From Euzebyaceae bacterium (lineage in GTDB: Bacteria; Actinomycetota; Nitriliruptoria; Euzebyales; Egibacteraceae), in NCBI GenBank assembly GCA_013812395.1, contig JACCTL010000061.1:1-45714 (forward strand): 45,714 bases of DNA, read 5' to 3'. Under the pieces are notes generated by a model. It had not been told where the DNA came from. It worked only from the letters and a program-made list of their open reading frames with translations, and ran no database searches. The position numbers and the translations under genes were made by a program. This document shows positions 1 to 8,676 of this stretch, piece after piece (within the stretch, counting starts at the first letter, position 1; each line of letters begins with the position of its first letter).

Positions 1-354
1 ATCGCCAGGCAGGCCAGCGCCGTGCCCGTCCGACCCTGGCCGCCGCTGCAGGCAACTTCCACCCGCTCGAACTCGGCGCGCTGCCACAGCTCAACCATGG
101 CCTCTCGGGCGGCGTCACGATCGGCCGGCAGCCGCCAGTCCGGCCACCGCACCCACCGCGACTGCCAGTCCATCGGCGGGGGCGGCTTGGCCTAGATACA
201 GTCCGAACTCGGGTCGGGCACCCCCGGGAGCGGGGCGGCGCAGTCCACGCCCGCGCACCCGCCGTCCCGACGGCAGCAACAGGACCCCCGGTTCGGTCTG
301 GTCCCATCGCTCCACCGGCCCGACGTTAGCGAGGCCGATCAAGGCCGTCCGCAT
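1..354 (-). pseudogene. protein-tyrosine/dual-specificity phosphatase-like gene, apparently frameshifted; 3' end runs off the window
   Basis: ATG at 354 opens MRTALIGLANVGPVERW...PEFGLYLGQAAP, and this frame stops at 115. From about 173 downward a shifted frame reads PPMDWQSRWVRWPDWRLPADRDAAREAMVELWQRAEFERVEVACSGGQGRTGTALACLA, which contains a CX5R(T) phosphatase P-loop. That second frame is closed upstream by TAG (192-194 on +). The switch coincides with a G5/C5 run at 178-182. Confidence 0.55.
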
Positions 355-421
355 AAGGATCGGCTTGCGCTTCGACCACGACCTGAGTGGCGGCGGCCGA
401 CGCGCACGAGAGACTAGGCGC

Positions 422-1024
422 GTGGCGATTAACGGCACCCGAGCTCACGAGGCTGAAGACGGTCTTCCGCCGCTGGTCCACGCAGCGGTCGCGGCGGCGG
501 TAAGGCGCAACTTCGCCTTCTCCTGCCTCCCATCGCATGGAAGGCTCTTGAAGGTCCTGGCGGCGGGTGTCGGCTCGGGCTTGATCGGGGAAACGGGGAC
601 GGGCTGCGGCGTAGGCCTGGCCTGGCTGGCCAGCGGAGCTTGCCCGGAAGCACGACTGGTCAGCATCGAACGGGACGCCGAGTTGGCCGCGCTAGCGCAG
701 GAGCTATTCGCGGAGGTATCCGCCGTGACCGTGGTGCACGGCGACTGGAGCCAGCTGCAGCGTTACGGACCATTCCACCTGCTCGCACTTGACGGTGGCG
801 GGCAGGGCAAGGGCTCCGAGCCGCCGCTGGAACCGGCCGGCTGGCTCAACCAGGGCGGGGTGGTAGTGCTCGACGACTTCACCCCGATGACTGACTGGCC
901 GCCGACCTACGACGGCCATGTGGACCAGGCCCGCCTGCACTGGCTGCGGCATCCGAACCTGCTCGCTACCGAGATACGCACCGAACCGGGCGCGGCCACT
1001 GTCCTCGCCAGCTTCACCGGCTGA
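422..1024 (+). CDS. class I SAM-dependent (family-3 O-methyltransferase-like) methyltransferase
   Basis: ORF 365..1024. It has a glycine-rich motif I (IGETGTGCGVGLAWLA), then RLVSIERD and HGDW...LDGG. The start is uncertain (TTG 365 or GTG 422). It is divergent from the phosphatase-like gene. Confidence 0.7.
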   Translation: MAINGTRAHEAEDGLPPLVHAAVAAAVRRNFAFSCLPSHGRLLKVLAAGVGSGLIGETGTGCGVGLAWLASGACPEARLVSIERDAELAALAQELFAEVSAVTVVHGDWSQLQRYGPFHLLALDGGGQGKGSEPPLEPAGWLNQGGVVVLDDFTPMTDWPPTYDGHVDQARLHWLRHPNLLATEIRTEPGAATVLASFTG

Positions 1025-1230
1025 CGTCGCCTCTCCGGAGTAGCCGTCGATTTCCCCTCGGCAGGCCAGTGCAAGGGGCCCTTCAGCCGTAGCTGCGCTC
1101 CAGGTCGCGGCGGTAACCGATGGCCGCGAGAACGCCGAAGACTAGGAAGCAGCCGGTGACACCATGCACCAGAACCAGTGGCTGGCCGCGATTGCCGAGC
1201 TGGAAACGCGACGGGTTGGAGTCCACCCCG

Positions 1231-1446
1231 GTGCCCGCCACCATCGAGGGCGAGGAGCACAACGAGTACAGCTACCAGTTCTGGAACTGCTCGGACGGCA
1301 CCGAGTCCCGCCAGGGCAGTTGGGCGTCTGGCACCAGCCCGGACGGCAAGGGTGAGTTCACCTACCTGGAAGACCCCCAGCCCCTCGCCGGCGCACCCAC
1401 CCCGCCTAGTCCCCGGCCCGCCGACATGTGCAACACCGGCAGCTGA
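1231..1446 (+). CDS. hypothetical small Cys-containing protein (possibly a 5'-truncated remnant)
   Basis: This is the distal part of ORF 1120..1446. By hand count roughly nine of ten codons from GTG 1231 onward end in G/C. The 1120-1230 part uses rare codons (AGA, AGG, ACT, ACA). I recognise no family. Confidence 0.3.
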   Translation: MPATIEGEEHNEYSYQFWNCSDGTESRQGSWASGTSPDGKGEFTYLEDPQPLAGAPTPPSPRPADMCNTGS

Positions 1447-1580
1447 GGGCGCGGCTTGGACCCAATGCGATAGTGCTCAACGGCTCGTCGGACAGGCGGC
1501 CAGGCTGTGCCCGACGAGCCGCCGGGCAATGCGGGCGTGGCGCCTTACCGGGCGTGGCGCGCCTGCCGGGCCTGGCAGCG

Positions 1581-2414
1581 TCAGTGGCCGGCCGAGTCCA
1601 GGCGATAGAAGGCGACGGCGTTGTCGTGCAGTGCCCGGCCGCCCAGTTCCTCGCCCAACACGTCGAGCACCAGGGCGGCGTCGCTATCGGCGAACGGTCG
1701 TGGCGCTCGGGTGGACGGCACGTCGGTGCCGAACAGCAGGGCCTGCGGATTGGTGGCGGCGATCGCCTCCAAGACCGTGGGAACGTCCAGATCACCGCGG
1801 GAAAAGCCGCTGGCCTTGACTTTGGCGCCTTGCTCTACCAGGCGTAGAAGGGCGGGCAGTCCATCGCGGGACAGTCCGAGGTGGTCCACGCTGAAGGCCG
1901 GAAGCCGGGCCAGCCATCCGCTGAGGTCAGGTAGGTCGCGGGCGTCGACGTAGAGCTCGACGTGCCAGCCGGCCAGCCTCGCGACGCGAGCCGCGAGTCC
2001 CGCGAGCTCGTCGAGATCCTGCCAGCCGCCCCCTCGGTACAGGTTGCAACGCAGCCCCCGCACTCCAGCCGCCTGCAGGGAGCGGATCTGCTCCTCGGTC
2101 GCCGTGGCCGGCAGTTGCGTGACGCCAACGAAGCCAGGACCGAGCTGGCGCAGGGCGTCGAGCAGGTAGGTCTGGTCATAGCCCTGGAACGAACCGGAAA
2201 CGACCGCCCCGCCGGTGATGGGTAGCGCAGCGGTGCGCAGGCGGTACGCCGCCACGTCAAACGGCTCGGGCGTATAGCCCTGGTTGGGCACCAGGGGGAA
2301 GCGTGGGTCGATGATGTGCAGGTGGGCGTCGAAGATCGCCCGCTGACCGGTCGAGTCGGCGGTGGGGGAGCGGACCCGGCTTGCCACGGACGACGGCCTC
2401 TGGTCGCGGGGCAT
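1581..2414 (-). CDS. amidohydrolase-2 family metal-dependent hydrolase (TIM barrel)
   Basis: ORF 1581..2648 trimmed to ATG 2414 (MPRDQRP...). It has an N-terminal FDAHLHIIDP metal-binding HxH, VDHLG, and C-terminal FGTDVP, as in the 2-pyrone-4,6-dicarboxylate hydrolase-like amidohydrolases. Confidence 0.8.
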   Translation of the reverse strand: MPRDQRPSSVASRVRSPTADSTGQRAIFDAHLHIIDPRFPLVPNQGYTPEPFDVAAYRLRTAALPITGGAVVSGSFQGYDQTYLLDALRQLGPGFVGVTQLPATATEEQIRSLQAAGVRGLRCNLYRGGGWQDLDELAGLAARVARLAGWHVELYVDARDLPDLSGWLARLPAFSVDHLGLSRDGLPALLRLVEQGAKVKASGFSRGDLDVPTVLEAIAATNPQALLFGTDVPSTRAPRPFADSDAALVLDVLGEELGGRALHDNAVAFYRLDSAGH

Positions 2415-2510
2415 CAGGCGGCGAGTATAAGAAGGACGATGTGCGCGCTTCCCGTCATCCCTGACGATGGCAACGCTCTGGAGGCCGCCGTTGGCTGAGC
2501 CGCGCGCGGT

Positions 2511-2580
2511 CCCCGGTAAACCGGGGTGGTGGGCATCCAGTACCGAATCGGTATCGGACGCCCACCACCCCGGGGTGGGC
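2511..2580 (+). repeat. nested palindromic element, copy A (candidate cis-regulatory RNA or REP-like repeat)
   Basis: The outer stem is a perfect 14 bp: CCGGGGTGGTGGGC (2521-2534) with GCCCACCACCCCGG (2560-2573). The inner hairpin is TACCG-AAT-CGGTA (2541-2553). Competing pairings are CCCCGG (2511-2516) with 2521-2526, and GCCCACC (2560-2566) with GGTGGGC (2574-2580). A near-identical core lies at 44078-44110. Confidence 0.6.
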
Positions 2581-2640
2581 GCTGCGCCGACCCGCGCCGA
2601 TGCGGCCGGCGTAACGCAGTCAGACCATGTAGGGACGGGG

Positions 2641-3786
2641 TTGCCCACCGGTCGGGAGGCGCTGGGCGTGGTGTTCGTCCTCTACGGGGCGGTCTCGGGC
2701 AGCTGGGCGGCGCGCATCCCGTGGGTCCAATCCGCGCTCGGGCTTGACCCGGGGACGCTCGGGCTGGCGCTGCTGGCACCCGCCGTCGGAGCGGTGTGCA
2801 CCATGCCCCTGGTCGGCCGGCTGGTCGCCCGCGTCGGCAGCCGCGCGGTGGTGCGAGGTTGCGTCCCGCTGCTGGCCGGCAGCCTGGCGTTGCCGGCCGT
2901 GATGCCGGCGCTGCCGCCGCTGGTCGGTGCACTCGCGCTGTACGGCGCGGCGGGTGGCGCGCTGGACGTCGCGGCCAACGCCCACGGCGTCGAGGTGGAA
3001 CGCCGAGTCGGCCGCCCCGTGATGTCGGGCCTGCACGGCATGTGGAGCATCGGCGGCCTGCTGGGCGCCGGTCTGGCCGGGGCGGTCGCCGCGCGCGGGA
3101 TCGGCGCACCAGTGCACCTGGCCTCGGTGGCGGTGGCGACCGGCCTGATCGGCACGGCGGCCGTGCTGCGGCTGGCCCACCCTGGCGACGGTGCAGGACC
3201 TGTCCCCGCGATGGGGCTGAGACGCCCATCCCGGCGGGTCCTCCTGTTGGGCTTGCTGGGGTTCTGCGCCCTGTTCACCGAGGGCGCCGCCGCCGACTGG
3301 AGCGCGGTGTACTTGCGGTCGGTGGTGGGCACCAGCGAGGGCATGGCGGCGACCGCGTTCGCGGCCTTCTCGCTGGCGATGGCCGGCGGCCGGCTGGTCG
3401 GCGACCGCGTGATCGCGGCGCTGGGACCGGTGCGTGTCGTCCGCACGGCAGGCTGCCTGGGGGCTGCAGGTCTGGCCGTCGCCCTGCTCGTGCCGAGCAC
3501 CGCGACCGGGCTCGTGGGCTTCGCCCTACTGGGGCTTGGGATGGCTTGCGTCGTCCCGCTGGCGTTCGCCGCCGCCGGCTCGGGCGACGCCACCGGCTCG
3601 GCCGACACCACCGGCGGGCGGGCGATCGCCAGCGTGGCCACCATCAGCTATCTCGGCTGGCTCTTGGCACCGACGAGCATCGGTGGACTGGCCCAGGCCA
3701 CCTCAGTGACAACGGCGCTGGGGCTGGCAGTCGTGGCTACCGCGCTGATCCCCGTCCTCGGCGGCGTGCTGCGCCAGCCACGATGA
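2641..3786 (+). CDS. MFS transporter
   Basis: ORF 2467..3786. It is a polytopic hydrophobic protein with MFS-like loops (MPLVGRLVARVGSR). The first ~58 codons of the ORF cover the palindromic element and look non-coding. The start is placed at TTG 2641; GTG 2668 is an alternative. Confidence 0.75.
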   Translation: MPTGREALGVVFVLYGAVSGSWAARIPWVQSALGLDPGTLGLALLAPAVGAVCTMPLVGRLVARVGSRAVVRGCVPLLAGSLALPAVMPALPPLVGALALYGAAGGALDVAANAHGVEVERRVGRPVMSGLHGMWSIGGLLGAGLAGAVAARGIGAPVHLASVAVATGLIGTAAVLRLAHPGDGAGPVPAMGLRRPSRRVLLLGLLGFCALFTEGAAADWSAVYLRSVVGTSEGMAATAFAAFSLAMAGGRLVGDRVIAALGPVRVVRTAGCLGAAGLAVALLVPSTATGLVGFALLGLGMACVVPLAFAAAGSGDATGSADTTGGRAIASVATISYLGWLLAPTSIGGLAQATSVTTALGLAVVATALIPVLGGVLRQPR

Positions 3787-3848
3787 CCCAGGCCGTAAGC
3801 GAGCTAATCCTCGTCCTCGGCGGCGTGCCGCGGCAGCCACGGTGATCC
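3745..3848 (+). repeat. imperfect 44-bp direct repeat (period 59 bp) duplicating the MFS gene 3' end
   Basis: 3745-3788 reads CTGATCCCCGTCCTCGGCGGCGTGCTGCGCCAGCCACGATGACC. 3804-3848 reads CTAATCCTCGTCCTCGGCGGCGTGCCGCGGCAGCCACGGTGATCC. Copy 1 ends in the MFS stop. Copy 2 supplies the GTG start (3842) of the next gene. Confidence 0.8.
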
Positions 3849-5056
3849 CGGTCCTGACCCCTGCGCAAGCCGTGCGACTGCGGCTGCGCGGCCAGCGCCT
3901 CGACGGCAGCGGACCCGCTGTTGCCGGCGGGATCGCCGGCCTGCTCCGCGGCGTCGGCGGGCTGCAGGCGCAGGTGGCCGAGGCCGCCGCACTGGGCGTG
4001 CGGGCCCGCAGCAGCGGCCTTGCAGCCGCCGACGTCGACCGCATGCTCACCCACGAGCGCACCGTCGTTCGCACCTGGGCATGGCGAGGCACCCTGCACC
4101 TGATCGCCTCCGAGGACCTGCGCTGGATGCTGGCCCTCATCGCCCCCGTCGCGCTGCCGCGAGCAGCCCGCCGCCACGCGCAGCTGGGCCTCGACCACCG
4201 CACCCTGGCGGCGGGGGCCTGCAACATCGCCGACGCGGTGGCTGCTCATGGCCCGCTCACCCGCACCGAGCTGGTCACCCGGCTGCAGGGCGCCGGCATC
4301 GACGCGTCAGGCCAGCGTGCGCCCCACCTGCTGTGGTGGACGTCGATGCACGGGACGATCTGTCAAGGGCCTGACCGGGGACGCGACGCCACCTACGTGC
4401 TGGTCGACGACTGGCTTCCCGCGCTGCGGCCTGTCGACCGGGAAGTCGCCCTTTCCGCACTGGCCGCGCGCTATCTCGCCGCCTACGGACCTGCGACACC
4501 GCAGGACTTGGCGGCCTGGTCGGGCCTGCCGCTGCGCGACGCCCGTGCCGCCTGGTCGGCGCATCGGGGACTGACCGAGGTGCGCGTCGCTGAAGCGCCC
4601 GCGTGGCTGCTGGACGGACAGCGCGCGGATACACCGGACGGCCAGCAGCAGGCACCGGACAGCCAGCAGCCGCGTGTCCGCCTGCTTCCCGCCTACGACA
4701 CCTACCTGCTAGGACACCGCAGCCGGGAGTTGATCGTGCCCGCGACACACGCACGCGCGGTGCACCCTGGCGGCGGCATCATCCATGCGGTCCTGGCGGT
4801 GGACGGCCGCGCCGCTGGGACGTGGCGTAGCCGGCGTCGGGGCCGACGTGGCCTGGAGATCAGCGTCCGCCCGTTCGACGACCCGGCCGTCCTCTCGCAG
4901 CGCAGCGGTAGCACACAAGGCGCACCCGTCCGCGCGGCGATCCACCGCGAGGCCGCCGACGTCGCGCGCTTTGTTGGCAGGCAGCCGCACGAGCTCATCC
5001 TGGAGTCGGCTGATTCGCCGCATGAACTCATTGTGGAGTCGGTGGCTGCCCCGTGA
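3842..5056 (+). CDS. winged-helix DNA-binding domain protein of the AlkZ/YcaQ (DUF1006) DNA-glycosylase family
   Basis: ORF 3842..5056. The N-terminal GLQAQ matches the Q-x-Q motif I recall for AlkZ-type glycosylases. Also present are RTWAWRGTLHL, YLAAYGPATPQDLAAWSGL and LLPAYDTYLLGH. The C-terminus carries an 11-aa duplication. Confidence 0.75.
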   Translation: MIPVLTPAQAVRLRLRGQRLDGSGPAVAGGIAGLLRGVGGLQAQVAEAAALGVRARSSGLAAADVDRMLTHERTVVRTWAWRGTLHLIASEDLRWMLALIAPVALPRAARRHAQLGLDHRTLAAGACNIADAVAAHGPLTRTELVTRLQGAGIDASGQRAPHLLWWTSMHGTICQGPDRGRDATYVLVDDWLPALRPVDREVALSALAARYLAAYGPATPQDLAAWSGLPLRDARAAWSAHRGLTEVRVAEAPAWLLDGQRADTPDGQQQAPDSQQPRVRLLPAYDTYLLGHRSRELIVPATHARAVHPGGGIIHAVLAVDGRAAGTWRSRRRGRRGLEISVRPFDDPAVLSQRSGSTQGAPVRAAIHREAADVARFVGRQPHELILESADSPHELIVESVAAP

Positions 5057-6737
5057 GCTGGTCGGCGACCCAGCGGTCCACCAGCTCGCCGAGCACGCCC
5101 AACGGCACCGCGCCGTGGCCTAGGACCTCGTCGTGGAAGGCGGGCAGGTCAAAGTCGCCGCCCAAGGTGCGCTCCGCGTGCTCCCGCAGCCGGCGGATCT
5201 CGATCTGGCCGACCTTATAGCCCAGCGCCTGGCCCGGCCAGGAGATGTAGCGGTCCACCTCGTTGGCGACGTTGTTGAGCGCCAGCGGCGAGTTGTCGCT
5301 CATGTAGGCGATCGCCTGGTCCCGGCTCCACCCGAGGTGGTGCAGGCCGGTGTCGACGACCAGCCGGCAGGCACGCCAAGAGTCAAACGACAGCATCCCC
5401 AGCCGGTCACTGTCGCCCGAGTACAGGCCCATCTCGTCGGAGAGACGCTCGACGTACAACGCCCAACCCTCGACATAGGCGTTGATCCCGGCGTGCCGGC
5501 GGAAGTCGGGCACACCGTCCAGCTCCTGGGCCATTGCCAGCTGCAGGTGGTGACCCGGCACCGACTCGTGAAAGGCCAGTGCCTCGGCCTCGAAGCGGGG
5601 TCGTGTCTGCGGCGCCCACGTGTTGATGTAGTAGGTCCCCGGCCGCGAGCCGTCATCGGCGGGCGCGTAGTAGTAGGCGATGGTGCCGTCCTTGACCTCG
5701 TGCGGGGCCATCTCGCGCACCCGGCAGTCGGCCTGGGGCAGGCGCCCGAACCACGACGGCACGTGGTCCTGGGCGCGCCGCAGGGCTTGTTCCGCCGTGG
5801 CCCTGACCTCCTCGCTGGTGGAAAAGCGCAGCTCGGGGTCGTTGCGAAGCCGGTCGAAGATGGCGCGCAGGTCGCCGGTGCCAAGGACCTGGCTTCCCAG
5901 CTCCCGGTACTCGTCGGCAAGCCCGGCGACCGCGTCGGAGCCCAGCTGGTGCAGCTGCTCAGGCGCGAGGTCTAGCGAGGTGTACTGGCGAATGGCGCGA
6001 GCGTAGATCTGGGAGCCGTCCGGTAACCAGGTCACACCGCTGTGCTCGGGCGGGCGGGCGGCAACAAGGATGTCGGTGCGCAGCCGATCGCGGTAGCGCT
6101 GCAGGGCCGGGCGCACCGTGTCGGTGAGACGTTCCTGCAGCCGGCTCCGCCACGCCGAGCCGGCGGCCTCGTCCCAGGCGGCCGGCGGCGTGGGCGTCAG
6201 CAGCGGATCATCGGCCAGAGGCCTGGCGAGGTACTCATCGAGCTGACGAATGGTAGCGGTGACCGCTTGGGCCGGTGGGGTGCGGCCGGCGGCGACGCCG
6301 TCAAGCAGCCGCTGCTCGGCCTGCGCCAGGTACCCGGCCACCTTGCCGTAGCGCACCAGCAGCGCCTCGGCGTCAGCCGGTGAGGACAGCGTGAGGTTGG
6401 GGATGGATTCCAGTAGCTCGGCATGCGGGCTGCGAAAGGTCGGCGCGACGGTGTACTCGGCCTCTGCCGAGTCCAGGGCCTCGATGTCGCTGCGCAACTC
6501 GAAGCGCAAGGTCGCCAGGTTGACCCGATCGGCGACCGGCAGCGTGGCGTCATCGAAGCTGTCGGCGCGTTCGAGCAGGGTGCGCAGGCGCCCCGCGTGC
6601 CCTGCCTGTCCCTCGGCCGACGGGTCGGGCAGCTCAGTGTCGTAGCGGTGATCGCCGAGCAGGCTGGCCCCAAGTGGGTCCGCCGCCAGCCTGGCGTTCC
6701 AGAAGTCCTCGGACAGGGTCTCCAGAATAGGATCCAT
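5028..6737 (-). CDS. DUF885 family protein (putative metallopeptidase-like)
   Basis: ORF 5028..6737, 569 aa. It has the HESVPGHHLQ motif and length typical of DUF885. Its 3' end overlaps the convergent AlkZ-like gene by 29 bp. Confidence 0.8.
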   Translation of the reverse strand: MDPILETLSEDFWNARLAADPLGASLLGDHRYDTELPDPSAEGQAGHAGRLRTLLERADSFDDATLPVADRVNLATLRFELRSDIEALDSAEAEYTVAPTFRSPHAELLESIPNLTLSSPADAEALLVRYGKVAGYLAQAEQRLLDGVAAGRTPPAQAVTATIRQLDEYLARPLADDPLLTPTPPAAWDEAAGSAWRSRLQERLTDTVRPALQRYRDRLRTDILVAARPPEHSGVTWLPDGSQIYARAIRQYTSLDLAPEQLHQLGSDAVAGLADEYRELGSQVLGTGDLRAIFDRLRNDPELRFSTSEEVRATAEQALRRAQDHVPSWFGRLPQADCRVREMAPHEVKDGTIAYYYAPADDGSRPGTYYINTWAPQTRPRFEAEALAFHESVPGHHLQLAMAQELDGVPDFRRHAGINAYVEGWALYVERLSDEMGLYSGDSDRLGMLSFDSWRACRLVVDTGLHHLGWSRDQAIAYMSDNSPLALNNVANEVDRYISWPGQALGYKVGQIEIRRLREHAERTLGGDFDLPAFHDEVLGHGAVPLGVLGELVDRWVADQLTGQPPTPQ

Positions 6738-7131
6738 GCCCTGTTGCCTACCCAGGTGCTGCCGAACCGATTGGTCTATTGGTCTGGCCTGCCGACTGGT
6801 GGACTGACCTGCGTCTTGCCGCGCCCGTTACTTGTCGACAGGTTCCCGTAACCGAGGGTTTACCGGCGCGCCTTGGCGTAGAGCCTGCCAGACGAGGCCC
6901 CGTGGTGGCCTCTGCCGTCTGCCAGCGATCGTGCCCCAGACCCCGGTCGGGTCGTCGACGGATTGTGTCGAGTGCCACCACGAGGCCTCAACCCGACTCC
7001 GCGCTCAAGTCGCGAAGCCGGAGTTCGCATAATATCAGCGTTGATTAGTCGGCAACAAATCCCGCCAGCCTCTCCCCAGCCAGGTCATCGACGAGGTTTC
7101 GCGCAGAGTCTGCTGAGCAGGCTGCGTCTTG

Positions 7132-8640
7132 ATGGATGCCCGACTTCGCGCTGTCTGTGATCTGTCCGTGCCGGCCGCCCGGGAGCATGCCGGGTTACAT
7201 GAGTACGACGGCCGCCTGCAGGACCTGTCCGCGGACGGCGTGCGCGCCGGGCTGGCCAAGCTCGGCGACGGCCCACCGCTGGACGACCCCCACGACGAAC
7301 GCCACCTCGCCGCCTTCGAGACGTTGCTGCGCGTCAGTTTCGAGGTGATCGGCGACCACCGTCGTAACCCGCTGCTGCACATGGACAACCTCGACCTGGC
7401 CTGCTACGACCGGGAGTACGCGCCGGCCGAGGAACGCGCCGCGGCTCGCCGCCGGCATCTGGCTGCCTGGCCCGACGGGATCGCCATGGCCCTCGAGGCG
7501 CTGGACGCCGTACCGGCGCCGGTGGCCCAAGCGCTGTTGCCGGCCATCCGCGGCTTGGCGGCCGGCATCGACGCCGACAGCGGGCAGGTAGAAGCCGCGG
7601 CGATCGCGGCCCACCAACAGTTCGTGGCCCACATCGCGACCGCCGCCGAACACGGCCACCCTGATGCCGCCCTCGGCGCCGACCGCTTGGCGCGGCTGAT
7701 GGGCTCCGCGGAGAGCCTCGACGTCGACCTGGGCCGGCTGGCCGAGCGCGCTGACGCCGAGCGGGACCGGCTGCGCGCGATGCTCGCCGAGGCCTGCTCG
7801 GCCCTATATCCGCAGCGCAGCCTGCCCGACGCCGTGGCCGCGCTGGTCGCCGACCATCCCGACCCGGACGGTGTGCTGACCGAGGCGAGGGCCCTGACCG
7901 AGGAGACCATCGCCTTCACCGCCCAGCACCGGCTCGTCCCGCACACCGACGGAGAATGCCGAGTGGGTCCGGCACCGGAATCGCGCCGCTGGGCGATGGC
8001 GATGATGTCATGGGCCGCGCCCCACGAGGATGACGGCCCGTCCTGGTATCACGTGACGCCACCGGACTCATCGTGGCCAGCCCAGGACCAGGAAGAGTGG
8101 CTGGCGGTGTTCAGCCGGGCCACGCTGCCGGCCGTCACCGCCCACGAAGTGGCACCCGGTCACTTCACCCACGGGCGCTCCCTGCGGCGGGCGCCGACGC
8201 TCGTCCGGCGCACGCTGTTCAGTCTGGCCTTCGTCGAAGGCTGGGCGCATTACGCCGAGGAGATGTGCCTGGAAGAAGGGCTGCGCGCTGACGACCCGCG
8301 CTTCGCGGCGGGCGTCGCCATCGAGGCGCTGGTGCGGGTAACGCGCCTGGCCGTGGCCATCGGGCTGCACAGCGGCACGATGACCACTGAGGAGGCGGTG
8401 CAACGCTTCGTCTCCGACGCGCACCTGCAGGGACCGGCGGCGCGCAGCGAGGCAGTGCGCGCGACCTTCGACCCCACCTACGGGCGCTACACCTGGGGCA
8501 AGCTCGCCCTGATGGACCTGCGGGAGCGGGCGCGCGCGACGTGGGGCAACGAGTTCTCGCTGCTGCGGTTCCACAGCGCGTTGATGGCCTTGGGCTCTCC
8601 ACCGCTGGGCCTGCTGGACACGGCGCTGGAGCGCGGCTAA
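7132..8640 (+). CDS. DUF885 family protein, paralog
   Basis: ORF 7129..8640 (TTG 7129 is followed immediately by ATG 7132). HEVAPGHFTH is the equivalent motif. It is divergent from the first DUF885 gene. Confidence 0.75.
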   Translation: MDARLRAVCDLSVPAAREHAGLHEYDGRLQDLSADGVRAGLAKLGDGPPLDDPHDERHLAAFETLLRVSFEVIGDHRRNPLLHMDNLDLACYDREYAPAEERAAARRRHLAAWPDGIAMALEALDAVPAPVAQALLPAIRGLAAGIDADSGQVEAAAIAAHQQFVAHIATAAEHGHPDAALGADRLARLMGSAESLDVDLGRLAERADAERDRLRAMLAEACSALYPQRSLPDAVAALVADHPDPDGVLTEARALTEETIAFTAQHRLVPHTDGECRVGPAPESRRWAMAMMSWAAPHEDDGPSWYHVTPPDSSWPAQDQEEWLAVFSRATLPAVTAHEVAPGHFTHGRSLRRAPTLVRRTLFSLAFVEGWAHYAEEMCLEEGLRADDPRFAAGVAIEALVRVTRLAVAIGLHSGTMTTEEAVQRFVSDAHLQGPAARSEAVRATFDPTYGRYTWGKLALMDLRERARATWGNEFSLLRFHSALMALGSPPLGLLDTALERG

Positions 8641-8676
8641 GGGCCGGCGGCGCTTTTCTCTTCGCCCGTCGTCGGT

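Noticed and set aside
2490-2640. Matching elements A and B to known riboswitch classes: TPP, cobalamin, SAM-I/II/IV, FMN, glycine, purine, ZTP, guanidine I-III, fluoride, c-di-GMP, c-di-AMP/ydaO, Mn, Mg, NiCo, and 6C RNA.
   Set aside because: None of the conserved cores I remember for these classes is present. This is only a memory-based comparison, so a covariance-model scan is still needed.
2414-3644. Long minus-strand ORFs (2414..3229, 2620..3180, 2682..3644) opposite the MFS gene.
   Set aside because: They are typical antisense shadow ORFs of a high-GC gene. They are Arg/Pro/Ala-rich with no motifs, while the plus frame encodes a coherent polytopic transporter.
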